From a virus, in IMG/VR virus record IMGVR_UViG_3300041955_000247, positions 12,452 through 76,451 of that record: 64,000 bases of DNA; one strand, 5' to 3'. Positions 1-10,199 of the stretch are shown one piece after another (within the stretch, counting starts at the first letter, position 1; each line of letters starts with the position of its first letter). The notes below the pieces were generated by a model, which saw only the letters and a program-made list of their open reading frames with translations, had not been told where the DNA came from and made no database searches. Position numbers and translations under genes: made by a program.

Positions 1-2
1 CC

Positions 3-1892
3 ATGACGCCGGAACAGTTCCTTGCCAATCCGCAGGCACAGGAAGCCATTGCACGGACGAAACTTGGTCAATACGCCGCCCAATACGGCCCCGAGGGGGC
101 GTTGAAGGCATGGTTCGCCGGTCCCACCGGCATGAACAACCCGAACGCCAAGGATCAGCTAGGCACGACCGTTGCGTCATATGCTCAGCGTGGCATGGAC
201 AGCATGGCGGGCATGCCCAAAATAGCCATGGCAGGGCCTGGGCTGCCCACTGGGGCTATGGGGCCAAGCCCGGCCCCCGCAAGCGCACCAGCGGCCACCG
301 CTGCCCCGGCAGGGGGCATGCTAGGCGCAACGCCACCACCCGCAGGCGGTCAGGTGGCCCAGAACACCCAAGTGGCAGCCGGTCCGCAAGGAATCTCACC
401 TGCCGTGCCGCCGATGCCCAGCATGGGTGCACCCGCACAGGCCCCGGTTGACCCTAGTGGTCAGGTGCCCCCTGGGATGTTTGCTCAACGGCCAAGGATC
501 AGCCAGCAGCAGTATTATGCCATCATGTCGAACCCGATGGCTTCTGATGCGATGAAGCAAAACGCCACTGCTATTTGGCAAAGCCAAAACCAGCCGGTAT
601 CGTTCAAGAATGCTTACGGCACTGTTGTCATGAACCCGCGTACGGGTCAGCAGCAATTCATCGGCGATATTGTCGATATGCCGCTTACTACTCCCTATGG
701 GACGGTACCGAGGCGTTTTCAGTATCAGCAGGATGGAACACTCAAGCGCGTGCCAACCACTGGTTCCGCAGTCGCACCGGGTGGTGGCGGTCCATTAAAT
801 GCAGCACCACCTGCTCCAGGGGGTGGCCAACCGGCTGCGCCGCCAGGGCCGAGTGGGTCTTTGCCTCAGGCGATGCCAAAGTTTGCCATGGCGGGTACAG
901 GAACTATGAATGACGCGGGGATGCTAGGTGCCAACCCGCCTGCCAAACCCGGCGCAGTTCCTGCCGCGCCGATCAATATACCAGCAGGTACTGGAGCGCA
1001 GGCAAATCCCGCAGCGGCGGCCGCTGGGCCACCGCCTGCCACCCCGGCTGGGCCTCAGTTGGCTCAGGCCGCACCGGGCGCTGGCCCGCTTGACCCAGAA
1101 GACACGGCAGAAATCCGCGCCATGCAGAACCTTGGCTTGGATTACAAAGGCCGAGAATCCATGGCTGGTGAAGTCGGCAAAGGCGCTGCTGAATACCTGG
1201 GTAAAACACGTCAGCAAGCCTATGATGCTCTCAATGACGAGAAGAACCTGAACCTGTTGCAAGGTGTGATGAATTCGCCCAATTACACGCCGGGCCTCCT
1301 CTCACCGGTCACCAATTTCAAGAAGCGGTTGGAAGCCAGCATTGCCCAAACGTGGCCCGGTATGGCTCAGCAGTTAGGACTTGATCCTCATGCATCCAGT
1401 GCAAATGAGGTCGCTGAGAAGCTGACCAACGAACTTAACCTTGGATCACTCAGGCAGAAACTGGGCGGTTTGGGTCAGGTTCGCATCTTTGAGGGGCAGA
1501 TGGTCAAATCTGCATTTGCCAATATGGATAACTCAATTGCAGCCAACAAGGCTGTCCTTGCGTTGGCTCAAGCGGTCAATCAACGTGTTCAGGACGTGCA
1601 GAAGTATGTTGAAACGCTTCCTGGGCATTCGCAGGATATTGATATTCAGGACAAGGTGTACAATCATTTCCATAATTTGCCGATCATGTCCCCTGAGCAG
1701 GAAACTGAATTTGAAAAGCAAATTAAAACCGATTTGAACACACAAAAAGGTGCGGGTGCCCAAGGTGCTGCGGCTGGTAGTGGCCCTTTGACCGCAAAGC
1801 CCCCCGGAACACCGGGTGCCCCGACGGTACTGCCAACATTGCCCCCTGGGGCAACTGTTCGTCCGCGTGCACAGCCTGAGATTCCGCTTTAA
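3..1892 (+). CDS. Internal virion/ejection protein with lysozyme-like N-terminal segment (probably 5'-truncated)
   Basis: 629-aa Pro/Ala/Gly/Gln-rich ORF at window edge; N-terminal FLANPQAQEAIA...YGPEGALKAWFAGP resembles transglycosylase-like domains of phage ejection proteins; lies upstream of tail genes. Confidence 0.55.
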   Translation: MTPEQFLANPQAQEAIARTKLGQYAAQYGPEGALKAWFAGPTGMNNPNAKDQLGTTVASYAQRGMDSMAGMPKIAMAGPGLPTGAMGPSPAPASAPAATAAPAGGMLGATPPPAGGQVAQNTQVAAGPQGISPAVPPMPSMGAPAQAPVDPSGQVPPGMFAQRPRISQQQYYAIMSNPMASDAMKQNATAIWQSQNQPVSFKNAYGTVVMNPRTGQQQFIGDIVDMPLTTPYGTVPRRFQYQQDGTLKRVPTTGSAVAPGGGGPLNAAPPAPGGGQPAAPPGPSGSLPQAMPKFAMAGTGTMNDAGMLGANPPAKPGAVPAAPINIPAGTGAQANPAAAAAGPPPATPAGPQLAQAAPGAGPLDPEDTAEIRAMQNLGLDYKGRESMAGEVGKGAAEYLGKTRQQAYDALNDEKNLNLLQGVMNSPNYTPGLLSPVTNFKKRLEASIAQTWPGMAQQLGLDPHASSANEVAEKLTNELNLGSLRQKLGGLGQVRIFEGQMVKSAFANMDNSIAANKAVLALAQAVNQRVQDVQKYVETLPGHSQDIDIQDKVYNHFHNLPIMSPEQETEFEKQIKTDLNTQKGAGAQGAAAGSGPLTAKPPGTPGAPTVLPTLPPGATVRPRAQPEIPL

Positions 1893-3568
1893 TGGCTCAG
1901 CAGCAATACCAAGCTGGTGACATAGCGGACCTGCCTGGGGGCGGGACGGCGACGTTTGACGGTCAGAATTGGGTTGTCCAAGGGCAGGCCCCGGCTCAAG
2001 GCCCCGTGCCCTCAGCCGCAACGGCTATTGTACCCCCGAACAAGACTTATTCTGAAATGACACGGTTGCCTAAAGCAATCGGTGCCGGTGCTGTGCAGGG
2101 GGCAACAGAAGCTGCTGGGATGTTGGGTGATGTTCAAAGTTTGGGTAATGCAGCCATAAACCAATGGGCACCACAAGGCTCAGATATTGGAAATACCATT
2201 GCTGCTTTGAAACAGTCGCACGCACCTTTTCCGGCGATTAATTATGTACCGCTGCCAACATCTAAAGATGTACAAGGTGCGGTTCAGAAATTTACCGGGC
2301 CACCTTTTCAGCCCCAAACCCCGACTGAGAAGATTGCCTATGCCGGGGGTGAAGCTTTGCCGTTTGGATTGCTGGGCGGCGAAACAGCCCCACTAAGGGT
2401 GTTGTCAAATGTAGGACGTGCCGGGTTGTCGGGGGCTGCGTCCGAAGGTGCCGGTGAGGCTGCGCAAGGAACCGGGCTTGAAACACCAGCACGGGTGGCT
2501 GGTGGGCTTCTCACCTATGGGGCAACTGGAGCACCTTTCAGGTTTGCCATAACCCCGAATTCGGCAAGGTCAGGTGCAGCATCGGTACTTGAAAATGCCG
2601 GTGTACCTGGGGTAAGGGCATCTGATATTTCAGGGAACAGACTCACAGCCACGCTAGAAGGTGGAAGAACACCCGCTGATTTGGCTGATCCCATTACCAA
2701 TACTTTGCAGCAGCAGGGTGGCGTGCCACGGCTGCCTGGAGATTCCAGGCCATATCGCGAAATCTTAAATGACCGGCGAACACAGCTTGGTGGTGTGGCA
2801 AACCAGCTTGGTGCCCAGACATCAATTCCGGCGTCTGCGGTGCCCCCGCTACGTGCGCAGCTAAATGGTGTTGTGCAGCAGCACGCTCATAACTTTGCCG
2901 GGGCGGAACATCCCGAAGTTGCCCAGGCCCTCGACAGGTTTGACACTCATCTGACTGAGAATGCGTTGCAAGGTCGCCCTGGTTTGACCGGTCAGCAATA
3001 CCAGCGTCTCCATCAGGAATGGGGAACTTCTCCCATTTATGAAGTGCGGCAGATGTCTGGTATTTTAGATAATGCCATGGACCAGGCGCACCCCGGCGTA
3101 TGGCCGCAGTGGCGTCAAAATTTTGGTGATTTGACAGGCTTGGAAGCGGCACATGCCGCGCGGGCGGGTGATTTGGCTCCGATGGACCCTGCGCAGATCC
3201 TGAATAATCAGTATGCGGTAACCCCGATGTACCGAACTGCCGAAGCCGCAAAAACCATTCAAGGAAAGATACCACAACCATATAATGTAAACACCCCCGC
3301 TTTGGCTGCCACAACTGGTTTGCTTGGTGGCTTCGCCGGACATTACTACGGTGGTGTTGAACCCGGCGTTGAGGGGTTCCTAATGGGGGGTGCGGTGCCG
3401 GTAGCCGGGTCAATGCTTGGATCTACCGTTGGTGCTTTGGCTAGGGGTAAGGTGGGGCAGAACGTGCTTCGCAACATGGATCCGAGGATGGTCGCGGCTT
3501 TGCTGGCTCAGCAGGGTATTCGTCCTAAAGGTGCCCCCGCCGAGCAGCCGCAGGGCGCTGGTCAGTAA
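1892..3568 (+). CDS. Putative internal virion/DNA ejection protein
   Basis: 558-aa Ala/Gly-rich ORF coupled (TAATG) to the previous gene; hydrophobic glycine-rich C-terminus. Confidence 0.5.
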   Translation: MAQQQYQAGDIADLPGGGTATFDGQNWVVQGQAPAQGPVPSAATAIVPPNKTYSEMTRLPKAIGAGAVQGATEAAGMLGDVQSLGNAAINQWAPQGSDIGNTIAALKQSHAPFPAINYVPLPTSKDVQGAVQKFTGPPFQPQTPTEKIAYAGGEALPFGLLGGETAPLRVLSNVGRAGLSGAASEGAGEAAQGTGLETPARVAGGLLTYGATGAPFRFAITPNSARSGAASVLENAGVPGVRASDISGNRLTATLEGGRTPADLADPITNTLQQQGGVPRLPGDSRPYREILNDRRTQLGGVANQLGAQTSIPASAVPPLRAQLNGVVQQHAHNFAGAEHPEVAQALDRFDTHLTENALQGRPGLTGQQYQRLHQEWGTSPIYEVRQMSGILDNAMDQAHPGVWPQWRQNFGDLTGLEAAHAARAGDLAPMDPAQILNNQYAVTPMYRTAEAAKTIQGKIPQPYNVNTPALAATTGLLGGFAGHYYGGVEPGVEGFLMGGAVPVAGSMLGSTVGALARGKVGQNVLRNMDPRMVAALLAQQGIRPKGAPAEQPQGAGQ

Positions 3569-3715
3569 GTCAAAGACAAACGTGAGAACAACGGTTACTA
3601 TGTAGGCAACGAAGAGGGCACTCAAGTAGATCGCGAATACCGACGCGTCCGTGTGCAGGGCTACACAGTAGTTGACGACCAAGATAATCACGGCCAGTTG
3701 CAGGATGTACCACAT
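3410..3715 (-). CDS. Small membrane protein, antisense within virion module
   Basis: Two strongly hydrophobic N-terminal helices filling the 3569-3715 gap. Confidence 0.4.
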   Translation of the reverse strand: MWYILQLAVIILVVNYCVALHTDASVFAIYLSALFVAYIVTVVLTFVFDLLTSALRLLGGGTFRTNTLLSQQSRDHPRIHVAKHVLPHLTPSQSTNGRSKH

Positions 3716-3726
3716 AGGAGGCTAGT

Positions 3727-5181
3727 ATTCCTCGCAATAATTCAGGCACCTACTCGCTGCCGCAGGCCCCTTTCGTTCCGGGAACCGTCATTTCATCTGC
3801 GGCGGTGAACAGCGATTTTGCCGACATTGCAACGGCACTCACGGGTTCCGTGGCCTCCAACGGCGTGACGGCCATCACCGGGCAGCTTAAGAGCTCTGTC
3901 GTCAGCTCGCCAGCGTATTCCTCGAGTGCCGACGCCACCACTGGCTTTGGCAGTTCCACGGCTGGCGAAGCTGACATATGGGCCAGCGGCACGATCATTG
4001 TCCAAGTCACCAGTGCCGGGGCAACGGTTGATGGCAACGCCGCTGTTACCGGGAACTTGGTGGTTGACGGCAGTGTTACCGCTGCTTCGTTCAATTTCAG
4101 CGGTACGGGTGCCATTGAGATTCCGTCCGGTACCACGGCACAGCGCCCTGCTTCGCCTGCCCAAGGTGACATTCGCTACAATTCCACAAACGGCAATTTT
4201 GAAGGTTATGACGGTGCCGAATGGGACATAATGTCCCTGATCAACCAATCCTACACCCTGAGTGCGTCGGTCAGTGCTGGGCTTCTTACCGTCAACTTCC
4301 TTAATGCCCTGACCGGTGCTGCGCCTACGGCGGCCGATCCGGTTGCCATCACCTTTCGTGATCCTACCTTGACCACAGGTGATACGGTTGCGGGGCTGGT
4401 CACAGCAGCGCTCAGCATCAACACCAATGGCATCGGTGCCACGCTTGGTTCTCAAAACGGTGTGCCATTCAGGCTTTGGATTATTGCCTGTTACAATGGT
4501 GGCACACCGGTTCTGGCGCTCAGGAACTGCTCCACAGTCATTTCTGGTGTTGGTAATATTTATCGACTACCAGAATTTATCTTGCATAACACGTTTGCAA
4601 TTGGCAGCGCAGCCACAAGCCCCGGTGTATTCTACACGCCAAATGGTGTTGACCTAACCAATACACCAATAAAAATTCTTGGTTATGTGGAATATGCCAG
4701 CGGCCTGACTACCGCAGGCAATTATGCCAGCGGCCCAACTACAATTCAGTTATTTGGTCTTGGCATTCCTCGTCCCGGCGAAAGGGTACAACTCCAATCC
4801 GGCAAATCGACCACTTCAACATCCATCGGCACTGATACCCAGACATCCCTTTCGGCAGCAATTAGTCCGTCGTCCTCTGCCAATCCAATTTTTGCACAAG
4901 CTGACGTGAACTGGACATCGGGTGCGGCAAATGCCGAATTTGCCTCGGCACAATTAAGTCGTGGAACAAGCCCAACCTATTTTGGTAACAAAGCCGAAAC
5001 AGGAAGCAGTTTCATTAGCGGTGGTTCAACGTCTGTATCATCACCGCTTCGGGGCTTTGATTTGCCCGGCACTACATCTTCCACCACCTACTATGTCTAC
5101 ATGACAGTGGTAAACGGGGGTGCCACATTCAATAGCTATACTGCACCGCTTTATATGTATCTCGAAGAGATCATGGGCTGA
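3727..5181 (+). CDS. Tail fibre/virion structural protein (probable ATT start)
   Basis: AGGAGG RBS then ATT at 3727, in frame with the 3805 ORF; extension (M)PRNNSGTYSLPQAPFVPGTVISSAAVNSDFADIATALT aligns with N-terminus of next gene; PSGTTAQRP...GDIRYN...FEGYDG tail-fibre motif. Confidence 0.7.
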   Translation: MPRNNSGTYSLPQAPFVPGTVISSAAVNSDFADIATALTGSVASNGVTAITGQLKSSVVSSPAYSSSADATTGFGSSTAGEADIWASGTIIVQVTSAGATVDGNAAVTGNLVVDGSVTAASFNFSGTGAIEIPSGTTAQRPASPAQGDIRYNSTNGNFEGYDGAEWDIMSLINQSYTLSASVSAGLLTVNFLNALTGAAPTAADPVAITFRDPTLTTGDTVAGLVTAALSINTNGIGATLGSQNGVPFRLWIIACYNGGTPVLALRNCSTVISGVGNIYRLPEFILHNTFAIGSAATSPGVFYTPNGVDLTNTPIKILGYVEYASGLTTAGNYASGPTTIQLFGLGIPRPGERVQLQSGKSTTSTSIGTDTQTSLSAAISPSSSANPIFAQADVNWTSGAANAEFASAQLSRGTSPTYFGNKAETGSSFISGGSTSVSSPLRGFDLPGTTSSTTYYVYMTVVNGGATFNSYTAPLYMYLEEIMG

Positions 5182-5192
5182 GGACGCAAACG

Positions 5193-5633
5193 ATGCCTTT
5201 CAACCCATCGACCGGCGTTTATACTCCTCCGAACGGGGCAGAAAATGCCTTCCCCGGTGAAGTCATTGCGTCGGCCACGTGGAATGCCATTTTCACCGAC
5301 ATTAGCACGGCATTGACCCAACTAGGGCAGCAACAGATCACCTTCCTGCCGCGTAGCGTTACCGTACCGGGCAATATCAGCATCGCGACAACGGATCGTG
5401 TTGTCTTGATCCAAGCCAACGTGGGCACCATCACGCTGCCTGCCAGCGCTACCAAGCTTAATCCTGTTACAATTGTTGGCAATGCGTCGGGTATCTTTGG
5501 TACTCACAACGCATTGATTACGCCCAACGGCAGTGAGAAGATAGACGGCCTCAACAACATGACGTTGGCGAACGATTACCAGTCAATCACGCTGCTGCCT
5601 TTGGCTTCGGGCGGCTGGGTGGCTACGTCGTAG
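5193..5633 (+). CDS. Virion structural/tail-associated protein
   Basis: N-terminus homologous to the 3727 gene; ITLPAS...NGSEKIDG motif typical of tail-fibre modules. Confidence 0.6.
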   Translation: MPFNPSTGVYTPPNGAENAFPGEVIASATWNAIFTDISTALTQLGQQQITFLPRSVTVPGNISIATTDRVVLIQANVGTITLPASATKLNPVTIVGNASGIFGTHNALITPNGSEKIDGLNNMTLANDYQSITLLPLASGGWVATS

Positions 5634-5645
5634 GAAAATGAACCA

Positions 5646-7367
5646 ATGAAAAAACTTCTAGCTGCGTTGTTCTTGACGGCCCTGTGGGCAAGCCCGGCCT
5701 TTGCGCAATGCACTGGATTGGCACCTGCTTTTTCGGTGTGTGCTAACACTACGGGGGGTGAGGGTTTTCCTATTTCGCAGCAGCAATTGACTGTTGCCGG
5801 TCCAATCGTTGAATCGTCTGCACAATCAACGATCATATCTCAAGATACCGGCACGTCCTTTGCCATTTTTAGAGCCAATGGTGGTGGTAGTGCTAATGGT
5901 ACTTATTTTGGGCAAGAGGGCGCTTCCGGTGGCGCTTTGGTGGTGAATGATGGTGCTTACGATGGCGTGTTTACCAATCTTGGTGGCACTTCCACCCATG
6001 TAGTTCTTGGTGTGAATAGTGTCGCCACTTTATGGGGGTTCCACAGTGGTGGTGTCAGCATTGGTGCAAATAGCCCGACTGACCCCGGCGCAGGCTCTCT
6101 GACAACACAGAATAAGTTGTTTGTTGGAAACGTTCCAAGTTACAGCTTTGAGAATTTCAACGTGCACACAGGTACGAACGAGAACTTTGAAGTTCAACCA
6201 CACATCACTCTAAGTACGGGTATTCTGATTGGATCCGTCAATGACGCTGGTAATGCTAATGAAGGTCTGGAGATAGCTGCAACGAATGTTGATATTTCTG
6301 CCGGGGCTCTGGAACTGGGTCTTTCCGGGACCTCCGCTGGCACTATTACCTTCCAAAATGCAACAAGTGGTGGGATTGCCCTGACTGTGCCAACAGGCGC
6401 TCTAAATGGGATTACTCTTACGCTGCCTAATACGGCTGGCAATGATACTCTTGCTGTCATTGGTTCTGCTCAAACCTTCACGGCTGCACAAACTTTCACC
6501 AATGGCGACTTCCTGCTCAAAGGTTCGTCCTCTGGCGCAATGACGTTGGAAGCGCCTGCGGCAGCATCTACCTACGTGATGACGTTCCCCGCAGCTACGG
6601 ACACAGTAGCCGTATTGGGAACTGGTCAAACATTTAGTGCAGCCGAAACTTTCACCGGTCAAGACCTATTCAATCAGGCATCAACGATAACATCAGCTAC
6701 CGCTGCTGCCTTGGACGACATCCTTGTGAGCGCTGAAACGACAACCATTTCAGGGAACACCGGTTCACCGATAACTGCGCTGTCCAAAGTGCATTTGAAG
6801 CAGCCAACATTAACCGATTCGTCAACTGTCACGGTGACATCTGCTGCTACTTTGACGATTGACAACGCACCCGCACAGGCTGGGTCGGTAACCATCACAA
6901 ATCCATACGCTTTGTGGGTGGTAGCTGGCAAAACTCTATTGGCAGGCTCTTTGGTTAATAGCGGCATTGCCTCTACGGCTCAGGCTGACGTGGTTTGCAC
7001 CACGTCTGCGGGGTTGCTCTCATATCAAGTATCCGCCACGGGTTGTGCTTCGTCGTCAATCAGGTTCAAGCAGGATCTGCACCGGATCAGCGACGACAAG
7101 GCGTTTGACATTGTGATGCACCTGACGCCAAAATCGTACTACTACCGGCCTGAGACCAAGATGGGTGACGATATTCATTTTGGCTTTGTGGCTGAGGATG
7201 TGGAAAAAATAGACCCAAGCCTCATTACATATGAGGATGACGGCAGGCCCCACGCGGTCAAATACAATGAGTTGTGGCCGTTTGTCGTTGGTGCTATTCA
7301 AAAACTGAGAGCAGACAATGACAACCTGCGTGCAGAAGTGCAGCAACTGAGGAGTAAAATACGATGA
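5646..7367 (+). CDS. Tail fibre-like protein with C-terminal peptidase S74 intramolecular chaperone and N-terminal signal peptide
   Basis: C-terminal SSIRFKQDL...GFVAEDVE...VKYNEL...AIQKL plus coiled coil; N-terminal MKKLLAALFLTALWASPAFAQ; Thr/Ser/Gly-rich body. Confidence 0.7.
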   Translation: MKKLLAALFLTALWASPAFAQCTGLAPAFSVCANTTGGEGFPISQQQLTVAGPIVESSAQSTIISQDTGTSFAIFRANGGGSANGTYFGQEGASGGALVVNDGAYDGVFTNLGGTSTHVVLGVNSVATLWGFHSGGVSIGANSPTDPGAGSLTTQNKLFVGNVPSYSFENFNVHTGTNENFEVQPHITLSTGILIGSVNDAGNANEGLEIAATNVDISAGALELGLSGTSAGTITFQNATSGGIALTVPTGALNGITLTLPNTAGNDTLAVIGSAQTFTAAQTFTNGDFLLKGSSSGAMTLEAPAAASTYVMTFPAATDTVAVLGTGQTFSAAETFTGQDLFNQASTITSATAAALDDILVSAETTTISGNTGSPITALSKVHLKQPTLTDSSTVTVTSAATLTIDNAPAQAGSVTITNPYALWVVAGKTLLAGSLVNSGIASTAQADVVCTTSAGLLSYQVSATGCASSSIRFKQDLHRISDDKAFDIVMHLTPKSYYYRPETKMGDDIHFGFVAEDVEKIDPSLITYEDDGRPHAVKYNELWPFVVGAIQKLRADNDNLRAEVQQLRSKIR

Positions 7368-7597
7368 TGCGTTTGTTGGTTGGTACGGTGATGTTGACGT
7401 TCGTATCTGTAGCCTATGCCCAGCAACCCCCGCAACAATCCCCGATGGACGAGGCGCTGAGCGGGAAGCTCCAGGAAGAATACAATCAGAACATTCAACT
7501 GCGTGCCGCACTGATTGAGGCACGCAAGGAACTGGCGGCGTTGAAGGACAAAGAAGCCAAGGACGCCGACAAGAAACCCGATCCCAAGAAGCCATAG
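7364..7597 (+). CDS. Small secreted coiled-coil protein
   Basis: Signal peptide ending AYA, coiled coil, overlaps upstream stop. Confidence 0.55.
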   Translation: MMRLLVGTVMLTFVSVAYAQQPPQQSPMDEALSGKLQEEYNQNIQLRAALIEARKELAALKDKEAKDADKKPDPKKP

Positions 7598-7606
7598 GAG
7601 AGCGCC

Positions 7607-7819
7607 ATGAGAACCCTGATAGCTTTGGCTGTAGTCATTGCTTTGTCGGTGCCTGCTCAGGCTTCACACAAAAAACATCATCTTCACCCAATGATCGCCG
7701 GGTTGGGCATAGGCTTGATCTATATGCTCAGATACAGCAGGGCACATCACGAGGGGGACCAGTGGGGCCAAGGCAAGTTTTCTTCAAACGCACCCTGTTC
7801 AGAACAGGGCTGTCGATAG
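7607..7819 (+). CDS. Small secreted/membrane hypothetical protein
   Basis: AGGAG RBS, signal peptide ending AQA. Confidence 0.45.
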   Translation: MRTLIALAVVIALSVPAQASHKKHHLHPMIAGLGIGLIYMLRYSRAHHEGDQWGQGKFSSNAPCSEQGCR

Positions 7820-7893
7820 TGCTAATCTTTGCGGTGGTGAGCATCACCATTGCGGCACTGGCCTACTACGTGATCTTGTGAGGGTTGGTTCTC

Positions 7894-8733
7894 ATGCAGC
7901 ACCCCTTCGAACAACTGAAGCCAGAATACACGTCATTGCTGGCCCATATGCAGCCCACGCGGGCGACGCAGATCGATCTGACGGCAAAGACACTTATCAA
8001 GTACATTGACAACAAGGATTACAAGCCCGGCTGTGATGCCACGGGCGTTCCTCAAATTGTTGCGGCTGCTTCATTTGAGCGTGAGGCCTCCTCTAATTTC
8101 AAGCTGAACCCGGCCCAAGGCTGGCCGCTTAATTCACGATCAAGGGATGTGCCCTACAACGGGCCATTCACCAATTGGACCGCTGCGCAAATAGCCGCCT
8201 ACAAAATTGATGGCTTGGACAAAATAGGTGCCCCGAACTGGTCATGGGAACAAGCTTGCTATGAGGAGGAACTGTTCAACGGTTTTGGGTACCGGCAGTA
8301 CGGTGTGCACTCACCTTACCTGTGGGCAGGCACGAACAACTACATCAAGGGTAAATTCACGTCCGATCATGGCTATGATCCGAACGAGGTGGACACTCAG
8401 CTTGGGGTGATCCCCATCATGTACCACATTGTGCAGTTACGGCCTGATTTGGCGCTGCCAATGGCCTTCCCCGGCCTCATGGGGGCCACCCCCATTGTTG
8501 CACCGATGCCAGCACCCATTGGGCTGCATGATGCTGAAGCCCTGCAAACGGCCCTCAATAAACTGGGCGCTGACCCGCAACTTACCGTGGACGGCAACTA
8601 CGGTCGTATGACCAGGAACGCTGTGCGTGACTTCCAGGCCAACATGGGCATCACGGTAGATGGGCTTGCTGGCCCAGCGACGTGGTCCTGTATCACTGAG
8701 AAGTTGGCTGATCCGGCAGGGTTTACAACTTAA
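7894..8733 (+). CDS. Endolysin (lysozyme-like domain plus C-terminal peptidoglycan-binding domain)
   Basis: REASSNF, FNGFGY, SPYLWAGTNNY..GKF..D motifs; LQTALN...VDGNYG..T..AVRDFQ...VDGLAGPATW PG-binding repeat. Confidence 0.85.
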   Translation: MQHPFEQLKPEYTSLLAHMQPTRATQIDLTAKTLIKYIDNKDYKPGCDATGVPQIVAAASFEREASSNFKLNPAQGWPLNSRSRDVPYNGPFTNWTAAQIAAYKIDGLDKIGAPNWSWEQACYEEELFNGFGYRQYGVHSPYLWAGTNNYIKGKFTSDHGYDPNEVDTQLGVIPIMYHIVQLRPDLALPMAFPGLMGATPIVAPMPAPIGLHDAEALQTALNKLGADPQLTVDGNYGRMTRNAVRDFQANMGITVDGLAGPATWSCITEKLADPAGFTT

Positions 8734-8778
8734 GGCAAGCGGTTTAGGTTCTCATTCTCACGAAGGGGAGTAGTTTCA

Positions 8779-9015
8779 ATGAATTGGTCAGTCTTGGCAG
8801 GGCTGGTTAACTCCAGCAAGCTCGGTGGTTGGGTGCGCGCGGGTGCGGCTGCGGGCCTTGTATGGGTGGTCTCCCATTACTCACCGCTAGGTGACATTCT
8901 AACGCCTTCGGTGCAAACCGATATCGCTGGTCTTGCGGGCACACTTGTGGTGGGCATCTGGTCCCACTATGTGAAGCCTGCGGACGCAAAGACGACCGCA
9001 CCTCTCAGCTCTTAA
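8779..9015 (+). CDS. Putative holin
   Basis: 78 aa with two hydrophobic segments, directly after endolysin. Confidence 0.6.
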   Translation: MNWSVLAGLVNSSKLGGWVRAGAAAGLVWVVSHYSPLGDILTPSVQTDIAGLAGTLVVGIWSHYVKPADAKTTAPLSS

Positions 9016-9036
9016 CCTCAAACTGGAGAATGTACT

Positions 9037-9411
9037 ATGGGTGAAAACATCCTTGCGGCACTTGGCGGCTTGTCGGGCCTCCTGACCTCCGCCCCCAGCG
9101 TTGGTATCCCGATCCTCAATGCTATCGGCCAACATATGCAGGGCAACAGCAACACCAATGCCAGCCTCAGCAACCTGCTCAGTCAGATGCAGAGCAACCC
9201 CGGCAGTGCTGCTACCTACGCGGCGCTGATTGCGTCCCTGCCAAACGTCCCGGCAGGTGTCCTCACCGAGGTCGAAGGGGCCGTTGCCCTTGCCTCTAAC
9301 GTGACGGCTTACGTGCAAGCTATCGTTGCCGCCAAGCAAGCGCTGAATGAGGCCACTTCCAATAGCGGCATTGGTTCCATTCTTGCTGGCCTGACGGTAC
9401 CCGCCGCGTAA
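9037..9411 (+). CDS. Hypothetical protein (lysis region)
   Basis: GGAG RBS, Ala/Leu-rich ORF. Confidence 0.55.
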   Translation: MGENILAALGGLSGLLTSAPSVGIPILNAIGQHMQGNSNTNASLSNLLSQMQSNPGSAATYAALIASLPNVPAGVLTEVEGAVALASNVTAYVQAIVAAKQALNEATSNSGIGSILAGLTVPAA

Positions 9412-9719
9412 TGAATAGTATTCTGCTTCCCATCATTATGGCTCTGGTTGCAGGCCACCTGCCTGCGGCCGGGGCCATGATTGGGGCCATTACCGCGCAA
9501 CAGTGGCTAACCATAGCCACTTCTGCCGCACAGGACGCCCCCGACGTCATCAAGGCTTTCAATGCGCTGCCGGTGCCACAAAGCGGCGCTGAAATACTGC
9601 CGGAACTGGAAAAGGCGGTCATTACCGGGGTGGTCAGCGCAAGCTTGAAACAATGGCTTGCAGCCAACGCTCAGTTTGCCATCGAAGTGCAGGATCAATC
9701 GATCCGCAATCAAAGGTGA
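9411..9719 (+). CDS. Hypothetical membrane-associated protein
   Basis: Coupled TAATG start, hydrophobic N-terminus. Confidence 0.5.
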   Translation: MNSILLPIIMALVAGHLPAAGAMIGAITAQQWLTIATSAAQDAPDVIKAFNALPVPQSGAEILPELEKAVITGVVSASLKQWLAANAQFAIEVQDQSIRNQR

Positions 9720-9723
9720 CGCT

Positions 9724-10197
9724 GTGAAGATCAGGTTCGTGCAGGGCAACGAATTTGCATCAAAAATGATAATTGCGCAGGAGAAGACCTGCATGCCTTT
9801 TATCCCAAGCCACGTTGAGGCCGTCATGCCCGCCACTGGCATGTATGTCGGGGCACATTTCAAAGGCGGTGTACAGGCTAGGCCCCCAGGCTACGACAAG
9901 GATGTGACAACCCAAGAACTGATCCTTGAACTAGAAGCTACGCCAGCCCAAGACCTCATGTTCTACCAGTTTCTTGAGAAGCACATCGGTGAGCCTTACG
10001 ATTGGGAAGCAATCATTGGCTTTGTCATACCCGAACACGCTCACATTCAAAATCATGTGATCTGCTCTGCACTAATTGCATTGGCGCTGCGCGCCTGTAA
10101 TTGGTTCCCCTACCGGTTGGCGGCCCCAGCCCACTTGATAGACCCGCGAGATCTGCTACTAATGCTTAGTACGCGCATGCAAATCCCAGGAGTCTAG
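9724..10197 (+). CDS. Permuted papain-like (NlpC/P60, YiiX-type) amidase
   Basis: SHVEA, GEPYDW and ICSAL motifs in permuted His-before-Cys order; GTG start chosen. Confidence 0.65.
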   Translation: MKIRFVQGNEFASKMIIAQEKTCMPFIPSHVEAVMPATGMYVGAHFKGGVQARPPGYDKDVTTQELILELEATPAQDLMFYQFLEKHIGEPYDWEAIIGFVIPEHAHIQNHVICSALIALALRACNWFPYRLAAPAHLIDPRDLLLMLSTRMQIPGV

Positions 10198-10199
10198 CG

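Noticed and set aside
3-7367. Diversity-generating retroelement or tail-fibre shufflon
   Set aside because: No reverse transcriptase, TR/VR pair or inverted sites seen near tail genes; the recombinase is over 24 kb away.
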